A stretch of DNA of 64,000 nucleotides, from the NCBI GenBank assembly GCA_964016885.1, contig OZ024743.1:129208001-129272000 (forward strand), written 5' to 3'. Positions 41,650 to 57,329 of this stretch are shown here, piece after piece (the stretch's first letter is position 1; every line of letters starts with the position of its first letter). Source of the DNA: Eledone cirrhosa. Lineage: Eukaryota. The notes under the pieces are model-generated. The model made no database searches, was not told the origin of the DNA, and saw only the letters and a program-made list of their open reading frames with translations. Both the position numbers and the translations under genes were made by a program.

Positions 41650-44600
41650 TCAAACACCAAACACCAAGCACCAAGCATCAAACACCAAACACCAAGCACC
41701 AAACACCAAGCACAAATCACCATGCATCAAACACCAAGCAGCCAGCAGCAAGCACCAAACACCAAACACCAAACACCAAGCACCAAAAACCAAACACCAA
41801 GCACCAAGCACCAAACACCAAGCACCAAGCACCAAACACCAAGCACCAAGCACCAAACACAAAACACCAAGCACCAATCACCAAGCATCAAACACCAAGC
41901 AGCCAGCAGCAAGCACCAAACACCAAACACCAAGCACCAAGCACCAAAAACCAAACACCAAGCACCAAGCACCAAACACCTAACACGAAGCACCAAGCAC
42001 CAAGTACCAAGCACCAAACACCAAGCACCAAACACCAAGCACCAAACACCAAGCACCAAACACCAAACACCAAGCAACAAACACCTAACACCAAACACCA
42101 AGCACCAAACACCAAGCACCAAACACCAAACACCAAGCACCAAGCACCAAACACCTAACACCAAGCACCAAACAACAAGCACTAAGCACCAAGCACCAAG
42201 CACCAAACACCAAGCACCAAACACCAAGCACCAAACACCAAGCACCAAGCACCAAACACCAAGCACCAAGCACCAAACACCAAGAACCAAGCACCAAGCA
42301 CCAAGTACAAACACCAAGCACCAAGCACCAAACACCAAGCACCAAGCACCAAGCATCAAACACCAAGCACCAAACACCAAGCACCAAGCACCAAGCATCA
42401 AACACCAAGCATATAACACCAAACACCAAACACCAAGCACCAAACACCAAAACACCAGGCACCAAACACCAAGAACCAAGCACCAAGCACCAAGTACAAA
42501 CACCAAGCACCAAGCACCAAACACCAAGCACCAAGCACTAAAAACCAAGCACCAAACACCAAGCACCAAGCACCAAGCACCAAACACCAAGAACCAAACA
42601 CCAAGCACCAAACACCAAGCACCAAGCACCAAACACCAAGCACGAAGCACCAAACACCAAGAACCAAGCACCAAGCACCAAGTACAAACACCAAGCACCA
42701 AGCACCAAACACCAAGCACCTAGCACCAAACACCAAACACCAAGCACCAATCACCAAGCACCAAACACCAAGCAGCCAGCAGCAAGCACCAAACACCAAG
42801 CACCAAGCACCAAAAACCAGACACCAAGCACCAAGCACCAAACACCTAACACCAAGCACCAAACACCAAACACCAAGCACCAAGCACCAAACACGTAACA
42901 CCAAGCACCAAACACCAAGCACCAAACACCAACCACCAAACACCAAGCACCAAGCACCAAGCACCAAGCACCAAACACCAAGCACCAAACACCAAGCACC
43001 AAACACCTAACACCAAGCACCAAGCACCAAGTACCAAGCACCAAACACCAAGCACCAAACACCAAACACCAAGCACCAAACACCAAACACCAAGCACCAA
43101 GCACCAAACACCTAACACCAACCACCAAACACCAACCACCAAACACCAAGCACCAAGGACCAAGCACCAAGCACCAAGCACCAAATACCAAGCACCAAAC
43201 ACCAAGCACCAAGCACCAAGCACCAAGTACAAACACCAAGCACCAAGCACCAAACACCAAGCACCAAGCATCAAACACCAAACACCAAACAGCAAGCACC
43301 AAGCACCAAGCATCAAACACCAAGCATATAACACCAAACACCAAGCACCAAGCACCAAACACCAAGAACCAAGCACCAAGCACCAAGTAGAAACACCAAT
43401 GACCAAGCACCAAACACCAAACACCAAGCACCAAACACCAAGCACCAAGCACCAAACACCAAGCACCAAACACCAAGCACCAAACACCTAACACCAAGCA
43501 CCAAGCACCAAGTACCAAGCACCAAACACCAAGCACCAAACACCAAACACCAAGCACCAAACACCAAACACCAAGCACCAAGCACCAAACACCTAACACC
43601 AACCACCAAACACCAAGCACCAAACACCAAGCACCAAACACCAAGCACCAAACACCAAGCACCAAACACCTAACACCAAGCACCAAGCACCAAGTACCAA
43701 GCACCAAACACCAAGCACCAAACACCAAACACCAAGCACCAAACACCAAACACCAAGCACCAAGCACCAAACACCTAACACCAACCACCAAACACCAACC
43801 ACCAAACACCAAGCACCAAGGACCAAGCACCAAGCACCAAGCACCAAATACCAAGCACCAAACACCAAGCACCAAGCACCAAGCACCAAGTACAAACACC
43901 AAGCACCAAGCACCAAACACCAAGCACCAAGCATCAAACACCAAACACCAAACACCAAGCACCAAGCATCAAACACCAAGCATATAACACCAAACACCAA
44001 GCACCAAGCACCAAATACCAAGAACCAAGCACCAAGCACCAAGTAGAAACATGAATCACCAAGCACCAAACACCAAACACCAAGCACCAAACACCAAGCA
44101 CCAAGCACCAAGCACCAAGCACCAAGCATCAAACACCAAACACCAAGCACCAAGCATCAAACACCAAACACCAAGCACCAAACACCAAGCACAAATCACC
44201 ATGCATCAAACACCAAGCAGCCAGCAGCAAGCACCAAACACCAAACACCAAACACCAAGCACCAAAAACCAAACACCAAGCACCAAGCACCAAACACCAA
44301 GCACCAAGCACCAGACACCAAGCACCAAGCACCAAACACAAAGCACCAAAGACCAAGCACCAAGCACCAAACACCAAGCACCCAGCACCAAACACCAAGG
44401 ACCAAGCACCAAGCACCAAGCACCAAAAACCAAACACGAAACACGAAATACCAAGCACCAAGCACCAAACACCAAGCACCCAGCACCAAACACCAAGCAC
44501 TAAACACCAACCACTCAGCACCAAGCACCAAACACCAAGCATGAAGCACCTAACACCAAACACCAAGCACCAAGCACCAAGCACCAGGCACCAAACACCA

Positions 44601-47600
44601 AGCACCAAGCAGCCAGCAGCAAGCACCAAGCACCAAACACCAAACACAAAACACCAAACAGCAAACAACATACAGCAAACACCAAACACCAAAAAGCAAA
44701 CACCAAACACCAAACAGCAAACACCAAACAACAAACACCAAACAACAAACACCAAACAGCAAACAGCAAACACCAAACACCAAGCACCAAGCACCAAACA
44801 CCAAACACCAAACACCAAGCACCAGGCACCAAACACCAAGCACCAAGCACCAAACACCAAGCACCTAGCACCAAACACTAAGCACCAAGCACCAAACACT
44901 AAGCACCAAGCACCAAACACCAAGCACCAAGCACCAAACACGAAGCACCAAGCACCAAGCACCAAACACCAAACACCAAGCACCAAAGTCCAAGCACCAA
45001 GCACCAAACACCAAGCACCCAGCACCAAACACCAAGCACTAAACACCAACCACTCAGCACCAAGCACCAAACACCAAGCATGAAGCACCTAACACCAAAC
45101 ACCAAACACCAAGCACCAAGCACCAAGCACCAAACACCAAGCACCTAGCACCAAACACCAAACACCAAGCACAAAACACCAAGCACCAATCACCAAGCAT
45201 CAAACACCAAGCAGCCAGCAGCAACCACCAAACACCAAACACCAAACACCAAACACCAAACAACATACAGCAAACACCAAACACCAAAAAGCAAACACCA
45301 AACACCAAACAGCAAACACCAAACAACAAACACCAAGCACCAAGCACCAAGCACCAAGCACCAAGCATCAAACACCAAACACCAAGCACCAAGCATCAAA
45401 CACCAAACACCAAGCACCAAACACCAAGCACAAATCACCATGCATCAAACACCAAGCAGCCAGCAGCAAGCACCAAACACCAAACACCAAACACCAAGCA
45501 CCAAAAACCAAACACCAAGCACCAAGCACCAAACACCAAGCACCAAGCACCAAACACCAAGCACCAAGCACCAAACACAAAACACCAAGCACCAATCACC
45601 AAGCATCAAACACCAAGCAGCCAGCAGCAAGCACCAACCACCAAACACCAAGCACCAAGCACCAAAAACCAAACACCAAGCACCAAGCACCAAACACCTA
45701 ACACGAAGCACCAAGCACCAAGTACCAAGCACCAAACACCAAGCACCAAACACCAAGCACCAAACACCAAGCACCAAACACCAAACACCAAGCACCAAAC
45801 ACCTAACACCAAACACCAAGCACCAAACACCAAGCACCAAACACCAAACACCAAGCACCAAGCACCAAACACCTAACACCAAGCACCAAACACCAAGCAC
45901 TAAGCACCAAGCACCAAGCACCAAACACCAAGCACCAAACACCAAGCACCAAACACCAAACACCAAGCACCAAACACCAAGCACCAAGCACCAAACACCA
46001 AGAACCAAGCACCAAGCACCAAGTACAAACACCAAGCACCAAGCACCAAACACCAAGCACCAAGCACCAAGCATCAAACACCAAGCACCAAACACCAAGC
46101 ACCAAGCACCAAGCATCAAACACCAAGCATATAACACCAAACACCAAACACCAAGCACCAAACACCAAACACCAGGCACCAAACACCAAGAACCAAGCAC
46201 CAAGCACCAAGTACAAACACCAAGCACCAAGCACCAAACACCAAGCACCAAGCACCAAGCATCAAACACCAAGTGCCAAACACCAAGCACCAAGCACCAA
46301 GCATCAAACACCAAGCATATAACACCAAACACCAAACACCAAGCACCAAACACCAAACACCAAGCACCAAGCACCAAACACCTAACACCAAGCACTAAAA
46401 ACCAAGCACCAAACACCAAGCACCAAGCACCAAGCACCAAACACCAAGCACCAAGCACCAAACACCAAGCACGAAGCACCAAACACCAAGAACCAAGCAC
46501 CAAGCACCAAGTACAAACACCAAGCACCAAGCACCAAACACCAAGCACCTAGCACCAAACACCAAACACCAAGCACCAATCACCAAGCACCAAACACCAA
46601 GCAGCCAGCAGCAAGCACCAAACACCAAGCACCAAGCACCAAAAACCAGACACCAAGCACCAAGCACCAAACACCTAACACCAAGCACCAAGCACCAAGT
46701 ACCAAGCACCAAACACCAAGCACCAAACACCAAACACCAAGCACCAAGCACCAAGCACCAAGCACCAAACACCAAGCACCAAACACCAAGCACCAAACAC
46801 CAAGCACCAAGCACCAAACACCAAGCACCAAGCACCAAACACCAAGCACCAAGCACCAAGCATCAAACACCAAGCACCAAACACCAAACACCAAGCACCA
46901 AGCACCAAGCATCAAACACCAAGCATATAACACCAAACACCAAGCACCAAGCACCCAGCACCAAACACCAAGCACCAAGCACCAAGCAAAAAGCACCAAA
47001 CACCAAGAACCAAACACCAAACACCAAGCACCAAACACCAAACACCAAGCACCAAGCACCAAACACGTAACACCAAGCACCAAACACCAAGCACCAAACA
47101 CCAACCACCAAACACCAAGCACCAAGCACCAAGCACCAAGCACCAAACACCAAGCACCAAACACCAAGCACCAAACACCTAACACCAAGCACCAAGCACC
47201 AAGTACCAAGCACCAAACACCAAGCACCAAACACCAAACACCAAGCACCAAACACCAAACACCAAGCACCAAGCACCAAACACCTAACACCAACCACCAA
47301 ACACCAACCACCAAACACCAAGCACCAAGCACCAAATACCAAGCACCAAACACCAAGCACCAAGCACCAAGCACCAAGTACAAACACCAAGCACCAAGCA
47401 CCAAACACCAAGCACCAAGCATCAAACACCAAACACCAAACACCAAGCACCAAGCACCAAGCATCAAACACCAAGCATATAACACCAAACACCAAGCACC
47501 AAGCACCAAACACCAAGAACCAAGCACCAAGCACCAAGTAGAAACACTAATGACCAAGCACCAAACACCAAACACCAAGCACCAAACACCAAGCACCAAG

Positions 47601-50600
47601 CACCAAACACCAAGCACCAAACACCAAGCACCAAACACCTAACACCAAGCACCAAGCACCAAGTACCAAGCACCAAACACCAAGCACCAAACACCAAACA
47701 CCAAGCACCAAACACCAAACACCAAGCACCAAGCACCAAACACCTAACACCAACCACCAAACACCAAGCACCAAACACCAAGCACCAAACACCAAGCACC
47801 AAACACCAAGCACCAAACACCTAACACCAAGCACCAAGCACCAAGTACCAAGCACCAAACACCAAGCACCAAACACCAAACACCAAGCACCAAACAGCAA
47901 ACACCAAGCACCAAGCACCAAACACCTAACACCATCCACCAAACACCAACCACCAAACACCAAGCACCAAGGACCAAGCACCAAGCACCAAGCACCAAAT
48001 ACCAAGCACCAAACACCAAGCACCAAGCACCAAGCACCAAGTACAAACACCAAGCACCAAGCACCAAACACCAAGCACCAAGCATCAAACACCAAACACC
48101 AAACACCAAGCACCAAGCATCAAACACCAAGCATATAACACCGAACACCAAGCACCAAGCACCAAATACCAAGAACCAAGCACCAAGCACCAAGTAGAAA
48201 CATGAATCACCAAGCACCAAACACCAAACACCAAGCACCAAACACCAAGCACCAAGCACCAAGCACCAAGCACCAAGCATCAAACACCAAACACCAAGCA
48301 CCAAGCATCAAACACCAAATACCAAGCACCAAACACCAAGCACAAATCACCATGCATCAAACACCAAGCAGCCAGCAGCAAGCACCAAACACCAAACACC
48401 AAACACCAAGCACCAAAAACCAAACACCAAGCACCAAGCACCAAACACCAAGCACCAAGCACCAAACACCAAGCACCAAGCACCAAACACAAAGCACCAA
48501 AGACCAAGCACCAAGCACCAAACACCAAGCACCCAGCACCAAACACCAAGGACCAAGCACCAAGCACCAAGCACCAAAAACCAAACACGAAACACGAAAT
48601 ACCAAGCACCAAGCACCAAACACCAAACTCCAAGCACCAAGCACCAAACACCAAACACCAAGCACCAAGCACCAAGCACCAGGCACCAAACACCAAGCAC
48701 CAAGCAGCCAGCAGCAAGCACCAAGCACCAAACACCAAACACCAAACACCAAACAGCAAACAACATACAGCAAACACCAAACACCAAAAAGCAAACACCA
48801 AACACCAAACAGCAAACACCAAACAACAAACACCAAACAACAAACACCAAACAGCAAACAGCAAACACCAAACACCAAGCACCAAGCACCAAACACCAAA
48901 CACCAAACACCAAGCACCAGGCACCAAACACCAAGCACCAAGCACCAAACACCAAGCACCTAGCACCAAACACTAAGCACCAAGCACCAAACACTAAGCA
49001 CCAAGCACCAAACACCAAGCACCAAGGACCAAACACCAAGCACCAAGCACCAAGCACCATACACCAAACACCAAGCACCAAAGACCAAGCACCAAGCACC
49101 AAACACCAAGCACCCAGCACCAAACACCAAGCACTAAACACCAACCACTCAGCACCAAGCACCAAAAAAAAAGCATGAAGCACCTAACACCAAACACCAA
49201 ACACCAAGCACCAAGCACCAAGCACCAAACACCAAGCACCTAGCACCAAACACCAAACACCAAGCACCAAACACCAAGCACAAATCACCATGCATCAAAC
49301 ACCAAGCAGCCAGCAGCAAGCACCAAACACCAAACACCAAACACCAAGCACCAAAAACCAAACACCAAGCACCAAGCACCAAACACCAAGCACCAAGCAC
49401 CAAACACCAAGCACCAAGCACCAAACACAAAACACCAAGCACCAATCACCAAGCATCAAACACCAAGCAGCCAGCAGCAAGCACCAAACACCAAACACCA
49501 AGCACCAAGCACCAAAAACCAAACACCAAGCACCAAGCACCAAACACCTAACACGAAGCACCAAGCACCAAGTACCAAGCACCAAACACCAAGCACCAAA
49601 CACCAAGCACCAAACACCAAGCACCAAACACCAAACACCAAGCACCAAACACCTAACACCAAACACCAAGCACCAAACACCAAGCACCAAACACCAAACA
49701 CCAAGCACCAAGCACCAAACACCTAACACCAAGCACCAAACACCAAGCACTAAGCACCAAGCACCAAGCACCAAACACCAAGCACCAAACACCAAGCACC
49801 AAACACCAAACACCAAGCACCAAACACCAAGCACCAAGCACCAAACACCAAGAACCAAGCACCAAGCACCAAGTACAAACACCAAGCACCAAGCACCAAA
49901 CACCAAGCACCAAGCACCAAGCATCAAACACCAAGCACCAAACACCAAGCACCAAGCACCAAGCATCAAACACCAAGCATATAACACCAAACACCAAACA
50001 CCAAGCACCAAACACCAAACACCAGGCACCAAACACCAAGAACCAAGCACCAAGCACCAAGTACAAACACCAAGCACCAAGCACCAAACACCAAGCACCA
50101 AGCACCAAGCATCAAACACCAAGTGCCAAACACCAAGCACCAAGCACCAAGCATCAAACACCAAGCATATAACACCAAACACCAAACACCAAGCACCAAA
50201 CACCAAACACCAAGCACCAAGCACCAAACACCTAACACCAAGCACTAAAAACCAAGCACCAAACACCAAGCACCAAGCACCAAGCACCAAACACCAAGCA
50301 CCAAGCACCAAACACCAAGCACGAAGCACCAAACACCAAGAACCAAGCACCAAGCACCAAGTACAAACACCAAGCACCAAGCACCAAACACCAAGCACCT
50401 AGCACCAAACACCAAACACCAAGCACCAATCACCAAGCACCAAACACCAAGCAGCCAGCAGCAAGCACCAAACACCAAGCACCAAGCACCAAAAACCAGA
50501 CACCAAGCACCAAGCACCAAACACCTAACACCAAGCACCAAGCACCAAGTACCAAGCACCAAACACCAAGCACCAAACACCAAACACCAAGCACCAAGCA

Positions 50601-53120
50601 CCAAGCACCAAGCACCAAACACCAAGCACCAAACACCAAGCACCAAACACCAAGCACCAAGCACCAAACACCAAGCACCAAGCACCAAACACCAAGCACC
50701 AAGCACCAAGCATCAAACACCAAGCACCAAACACCAAACACCAAGCACCAAGCACCAAGCATCAAACACCAAGCATATAACACCAAACACCAAGCACCAA
50801 GCACCCAGCACCAAACACCAAGCACCAAGCACCAAGCAAAAAGCACCAAACACCAAGCACAAAACACCAAACACCAAGCACCAAACACCAAACACCAAGC
50901 ACCAAGCACCAAACACGTAACACCAAGCACCAAACACCAAGCACCAAACACCAACCACCAAACACCAAGCACCAAGCACCAAGCACCAAGCACCAAACAC
51001 CAAGCACCAAACACCAAGCACCAAACACCTAACACCAAGCACCAAGCACCAAGTACCAAGCACCAAACACCAAGCACCAAACACCAAACACCAAGCACCA
51101 AACACCAAACACCAAGCACCAAGCACCAAACACCTAACACCAACCACCAAACACCAACCACCAAACACCAAGCACCAAGGACCAAGCACCAAGCACCAAG
51201 CACCAAATACCAAGCACCAAACACCAAGCACCAAGCACCAAGCACCAAGTACAAACACCAAGCACCAAGCACCAAACACCAAGCACCAAGCATCAAACAC
51301 CAAACACCAAACACCAAGCACCAAGCACCAAGCATCAAACACCAAGCATATAACACCAAACACCAAGCACCAAGCACCAAACACCAAGAACCAAGCACCA
51401 AGCACCAAGTAGAAACACTAATGACCAAGCACCAAACACCAAACACCAAGCACCAAACACCAAGCACCAAGCACCAAACACCAAGCACCAAACACCAAGC
51501 ACCAAACACCTAACACCAAGCACCAAGCACCAAGTACCAAGCACCAAACACCAAGCACCAAACACCAAACACCAAGCACCAAACACCAAACACCAAGCAC
51601 CAAGCACCAAACACCTAACACCAACCACCAAACACCAAGCACCAAACACCAAGCACCAAACACCAAGCACCAAACACCAAGCACCAAACACCTAACACCA
51701 AGCACCAAGCACCAAGTACCAAGCACCAAACACCAAGCACCAAACACCAAACACCAAGCACCAAACAGCAAACACCAAGCACCAAGCACCAAACACCTAA
51801 CACCATCCACCAAACACCAACCACCAAACACCAAGCACCAAGGACCAAGCACCAAGCACCAAGCACCAAATACCAAGCACCAAACACCAAGCACCAAGCA
51901 CCAAGCACCAAGTACAAACACCAAGCACCAAGCACCAAACACCAAGCACCAAGCATCAAACACCAAACACCAAACACCAAGCACCAAGCATCAAACACCA
52001 AGCATATAACACCAAACACCAAGCACCAAGCACCAAATACCAAGAACCAAGCACCAAGCACCAAGTAGAAACATGAATCACCAAGCACCAAACACCAAAC
52101 ACCAAGCACCAAACACCAAGCACCAAGCACCAAGCACCAAGCACCAAGCATCAAACACCAAACACCAAGCACCAAGCATCAAACACCAAATACCAAGCAC
52201 CAAACACCAAGCACAAATCACCATGCATCAAACACCAAGCAGCCATCAGCAAGCACCAAACACCAAACACCAAACACCAAGCACCAAAAACCAAACACCA
52301 AGCACCAAGCACCAAACACCAAGCACCAAGCACCAAACACCAAGCACCAAGCACCAAACACAAAGCACCAAAGACCAAGCACCAAGCACCAAACACCAAG
52401 CACCCAGCACCAAACACCAAGGACCAAGCACCAAGCACCAAGCACCAAAAACCAAACACGAAACACGAAATACCAAGCACCAAGCACCAAACACCAAACT
52501 CCAAGCACCAAGCACCAAACACCAAACACCAAGCACCAAGCACCAAGCACCAGGCACCAAACACCAAGCACCAAGCAGCCAGCAGCAAGCACCAAGCACC
52601 AAACACCAAACACCAAACACCAAACAGCAAACAACATACAGCAAACACCAAACACCAAAAAGCAAACACCAAACACCAAACAGCAAACACCAAACAACAA
52701 ACACCAAACAACAAACACCAAACAGCAAACAGCAAACACCAAACACCAAGCACCAAGCACCAAACACCAAACACCAAACACCAAGCACCAGGCACCAAAC
52801 ACCAAGCACCAAGCACCAAACACCAAGCACCTAGCAACAAACACTAAGCACCAAGCACCAAACACTAAGCACCAAGCACCAAACACCAAGCACCAAGCAC
52901 CAAACACCAAGCACCAAGCACCAAGCACCATACACCAAACACCAAGCACCAAAGACCAAGCACCAAGCACCAAACACCAAGCACCCAGCACCAAACACCA
53001 AGCACTAAACACCAACCACTCAGCACCAAGCACCAAAAAAAAAGCATGAAGCACCTAACACCAAACACCAAACACCAAGCACCAAGCACCAAGCACCAAA
53101 CACCAAGCACCTAGCACCAA
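41650..53120 (+). repeat. Higher-order repeat of about 3.7-4.2 kb, three copies; the last two (about 45420-49270 and 49270-53120) are near-identical with period 3850-3871 bp
   Basis: Matching pseudo-ORFs at 45440/49290 (offset 3850), 47464/51335 and 48202/52073 (offset 3871); private variants AAGTGCC, CCATCCACC and AAAAAAG are shared by the last two copies; the older copy starts near 41722. Confidence 0.9.
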
Positions 53121-56100
53121 ACACCAAACACCAAGCACAAAACACCAAGCACCAATCACCAAGCATCAAACACCAAGCAGCCAGCAGCAAGCACCAAACA
53201 CCAAACACCAAGCACCAAGCACCAAAAACCAAACACCAAGCACCAAGCACCAAACACCTAACCCCAAGCACCAAGCACCAAGTACCAAGCACCAAACACC
53301 AAGCACCAAACACCAAACATCAAGCACCAAGCACCAAGTACCAAACACCAAGAACCAAGAACCAAACACCAAGCACCAAGCACCAAGTACAAACACCAAG
53401 TACCAAGCACCAAGCACCAAACACCAAGAACCAAGCACCAAACACAAAACACCAAGCACCAAGCACCAAGCATCAAACACCAAGCAGCAAACACCAAACA
53501 CCAAGCACCAAGCACAAAACACAAAGCACCCAGCACCAAACACCAATGACCAAGCACCAAGCACCAAAAACCAAACACCAAACACAAAACACAAAGCACC
53601 AAGCACCAAACACCAAACTCCAAGCACCAAGCACCAAGCACCAAACACCAAACACCAAGCACCAAGCACCAAGCACCAGGCACCAAACACCAAGCACCAA
53701 GCACCAAACACCAAGCACCAAGCACCAAACACCAAACGCCAAACACCAAACACCAAGAACCAAGAACCAAACACCAAGCACCAAGCACCAAGCACCAAAC
53801 ACCAAGCACCAAGTACCAAACACAAAACACCAACCACCAAGCACCAAGCATCAAACACCAAGCAGCAAACACCAAACACCAAGCACCAAGCACCAAGCAC
53901 CAAACACAATGCACCCAGCACCAAACACCAAGGACCAAGCACCAAGCACCAAGCACCAAAAACCAAACACGAAACACGAAACACCAAGCACCAAGCACCA
54001 AACACCAAACTCCAAGCACCAAGCACCAAGCACCAGGCAACAAACACCAAGCACCAAGCACCAAACACCAAGCAACAAGCACCAAACACCAAACACCAAA
54101 CACCAAACACCAAACACCAAGCACCAAGCACCAAGCACCAGGCAACAAACACCAAGCACCAAGCACCAAACACCAAGCAACAAGCACCAAACACCAAACA
54201 CCAAACACCAAACACCAAACAACATACAGCAAACACCAAACACCAAAAAGCAAACACCAAACACCAAACAGCAAACACCAAACAACAAACACCAAGCACC
54301 AAGCACCAAGCACCAAGCACCAAGCATCAAACACCAAACACCAAGCACCAAGCATCAAACACCAAACACCAAGCACCAAACACCAAGCACAAATCACCAT
54401 GCATCAAACACCAAGCAGCCAGCAGCAAGCACCAAACACCAAACACCAAACACCAAGCACCAAAAACCAAACACCAAGCACCAAGCACCAAGCACCAAAC
54501 ACCAAGCACCAAGCACCAAACACCAAGCACCAAGCACCAAACACAAAGCACCAAAGACCAAGCACCAAGCACCAAACACCAAGCACCCAGCACCAAACAC
54601 CAAGGACCAAGCACCAAGCACCAAGCACCAAAAACCAAACACGAAACACGAAATACCAAGCACCAAGCACCAAACACCAAACTCCAAGCACCAAGCACCA
54701 AACACCAAACACCAAGCACCAAGCACCAAGCACCAGGCACCAAACACCAAGCACCAAGCAGCCAGCAGCAAGCACCAAGCACCAAACACCAAACACCAAA
54801 CACCAAACAGCAAACAACATACAGCAAACACCAAACACCAAAAAGCAAACACCAAACACCAAACAGCAAACACCAAACAACAAACACCAAACAACAAACA
54901 CCAAACAGCAAACAGCAAACACCAAACACCAAGCACCAAGCACCAAACACCAAACACCAAACACCAAGCACCAGGCACCAAACACCAAGCACCAAGCACC
55001 AAACACCAAGCACCTAGCACCAAACACTAAGCACCAAGCACCAAACACTAAGCACCAAGCACCAAACACCAAGCACCAAGCACCAAACACCAAGCACCAA
55101 GCACCAAGCACCAAACACCAAACACCAAGCACCAAAGACCAAGCACCAAGCACCAAACACCAAGCACCCAGCACCAAACACCAAGCACTAAACACCAACC
55201 ACTCAGCACCAAGCACCAAACACCAAGCATGAAGCACCTAACACCAAACACCAAACACCAAGCACCAAGCACCAAGCACCAAACACCAAGCACCTAGCAC
55301 CAAACACCAAACACCAAGCACAAAACACCAAGCACCAATCACCAAGCATCAAACACCAAGCAGCCAGCAGCAAGCACCAAACACCAAACACCAAGCACCA
55401 AGCACCAAAAACCAAACACCAAGCACCAAGCACCAAACACCTAACCCCAAGCACCAAGCACCAAGTACCAAGCACCAAACACCAAGCACCAAACACCAAA
55501 CATCAAGCACCAAGCACCAAGTAACAAACACCAAGAACCAAGAACCAAACACCAAGCACCAAGCACCAAGTACAAACACCAAGTACCAAGCACCAAGCAC
55601 CAAACACCAAGAACCAAGCACCAAACACAAAACACCAAGCACCAAGCACCAAGCATCAAACACCAAGCAGCAAACACCAAACACCATGCACTAAGCACAA
55701 AACACAAAGCACCCAGCACCAAACACCAATGACCAAGCACCAAGCACCAAAAACCAAACACCAAACACAAAACACAAAGCACCAAGCACCAAACACCAAA
55801 CTCCAAGCACCAAGCACCAAGCACCAAACACCAAACACCAAGCACCAAGCACCAAGCACCAGGCACCAAACACCAAGCACCAAGCACCAAACACCAAGCA
55901 CCAAGCACCAAACACCAAACGCCAAACACCAAACACCAAGAACCAAGAACCAAACACCAAGCACCAAGCACCAAGCACCAAACACCAAGCACCAAGCACC
56001 AAACACAAAACACCAACCACCAAGCACCAAGCATCAAACACCAAGCAGCAAACACCAAACACCAAGCACCAAGCACCAAGCACCAAACACAATGCACCCA

Positions 56101-56240
56101 GCACCAAATACCAAGGACCAAGCACCAAGCACCAAGCACCAAAAACCAAACACGAAACATGAAACACCAAGCACCAAGCACCAAACACCAAACTCCAAGC
56201 ACCAAGCACCAAACACCAAACACCAAGCACCAAGCACCAA
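52850..56240 (+). repeat. Duplicated module, offset 2183 bp
   Basis: Landmarks at 53255/55438; pseudo-ORFs at 53020/55203 and 53546/55729. Confidence 0.8.
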
Positions 56241-57329
56241 GCACCAGGCACCAAACACCAAGCACCAAGCACCAAACACTAAGCAACAAGCACCAAACAC
56301 CAAACACCAAACACCAAACACCAAACAACATACAGCAAACACCAAACACCAAAAAGCAAACACCAAACACCAAACAGCAAACACCAAACAACAAACACCA
56401 AACAACAAACACCAAACAGCAAACAGCAAACACCAAACACCAAGCACCAAGCACCAAACACTAAGCACTAAACACCAAGCACCAAGCACCAAACACCAAA
56501 CACTAAGCACCAAGCACCAAACACTAAGCACCAAGCACCAAACACCAAGCACCAAGCACCAAACACCAAGCACCAAGCACCAAGCACCAAACACCAAACA
56601 CCAAGCACCAAAGACCAAGCACCAAGCACCAAACACCAAGCACCCAGCACCAAACACCAAGCACTAAACACCAACCACCCAGCACCAAGCACCAAACACC
56701 AAGCACCAAGCACCTAAAACCAAACACCAAACACCAAGCACCAAGCACCAAGCACCAAACACCAAGCACCTAGCACAAAACACCAAACACCAAGCACAAA
56801 ACACCAGGCACCAATCACCAAGCATCAAACACCAAGCAGCCAGCAGCAAGCACCAAACACCAAACACCAAGCACCAAGCACCAAAAACCAAACACCAAGC
56901 ACCAAGCACCAAACACCTAACACGAAGCACCAAGCACCAAGTACCAAGCACCAAACACCAAGCACCAAACACCAAGCACCAAACACCAAGCACCAAACAC
57001 CAAACACCAAGCACCAAACACCTAACACCAAACACCAAGCACCAAACACCAAGCACCAAACACCAAACACCAAGCACCAAGCACCAAACACCTAACACCA
57101 AGCACCAAACACCAAGCACTAAGCACCAAGCACCAAGCACCAAACACCAAGCACCAAACACCAAGCACCAAACACCAAGCACCAAGCACCAAACACCAAG
57201 CACCAAGCACCAAACTCCAAGAACCAAGCACCAAGTACCAAGTACAAACACCAAGCACCAAGCACCAAACACCAAGCACCAAGCACCAAGCATCAAACAC
57301 CAAGCACCAAACACCAAGCACCAAGCACC

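Noticed and set aside
45440-49290. The higher-order period 3850 is an exact multiple of 7 because seven 6-bp units cancel out
   Set aside because: Expected by chance about one time in seven; other periods (4518, 2091, 2138, 965) are out of phase.
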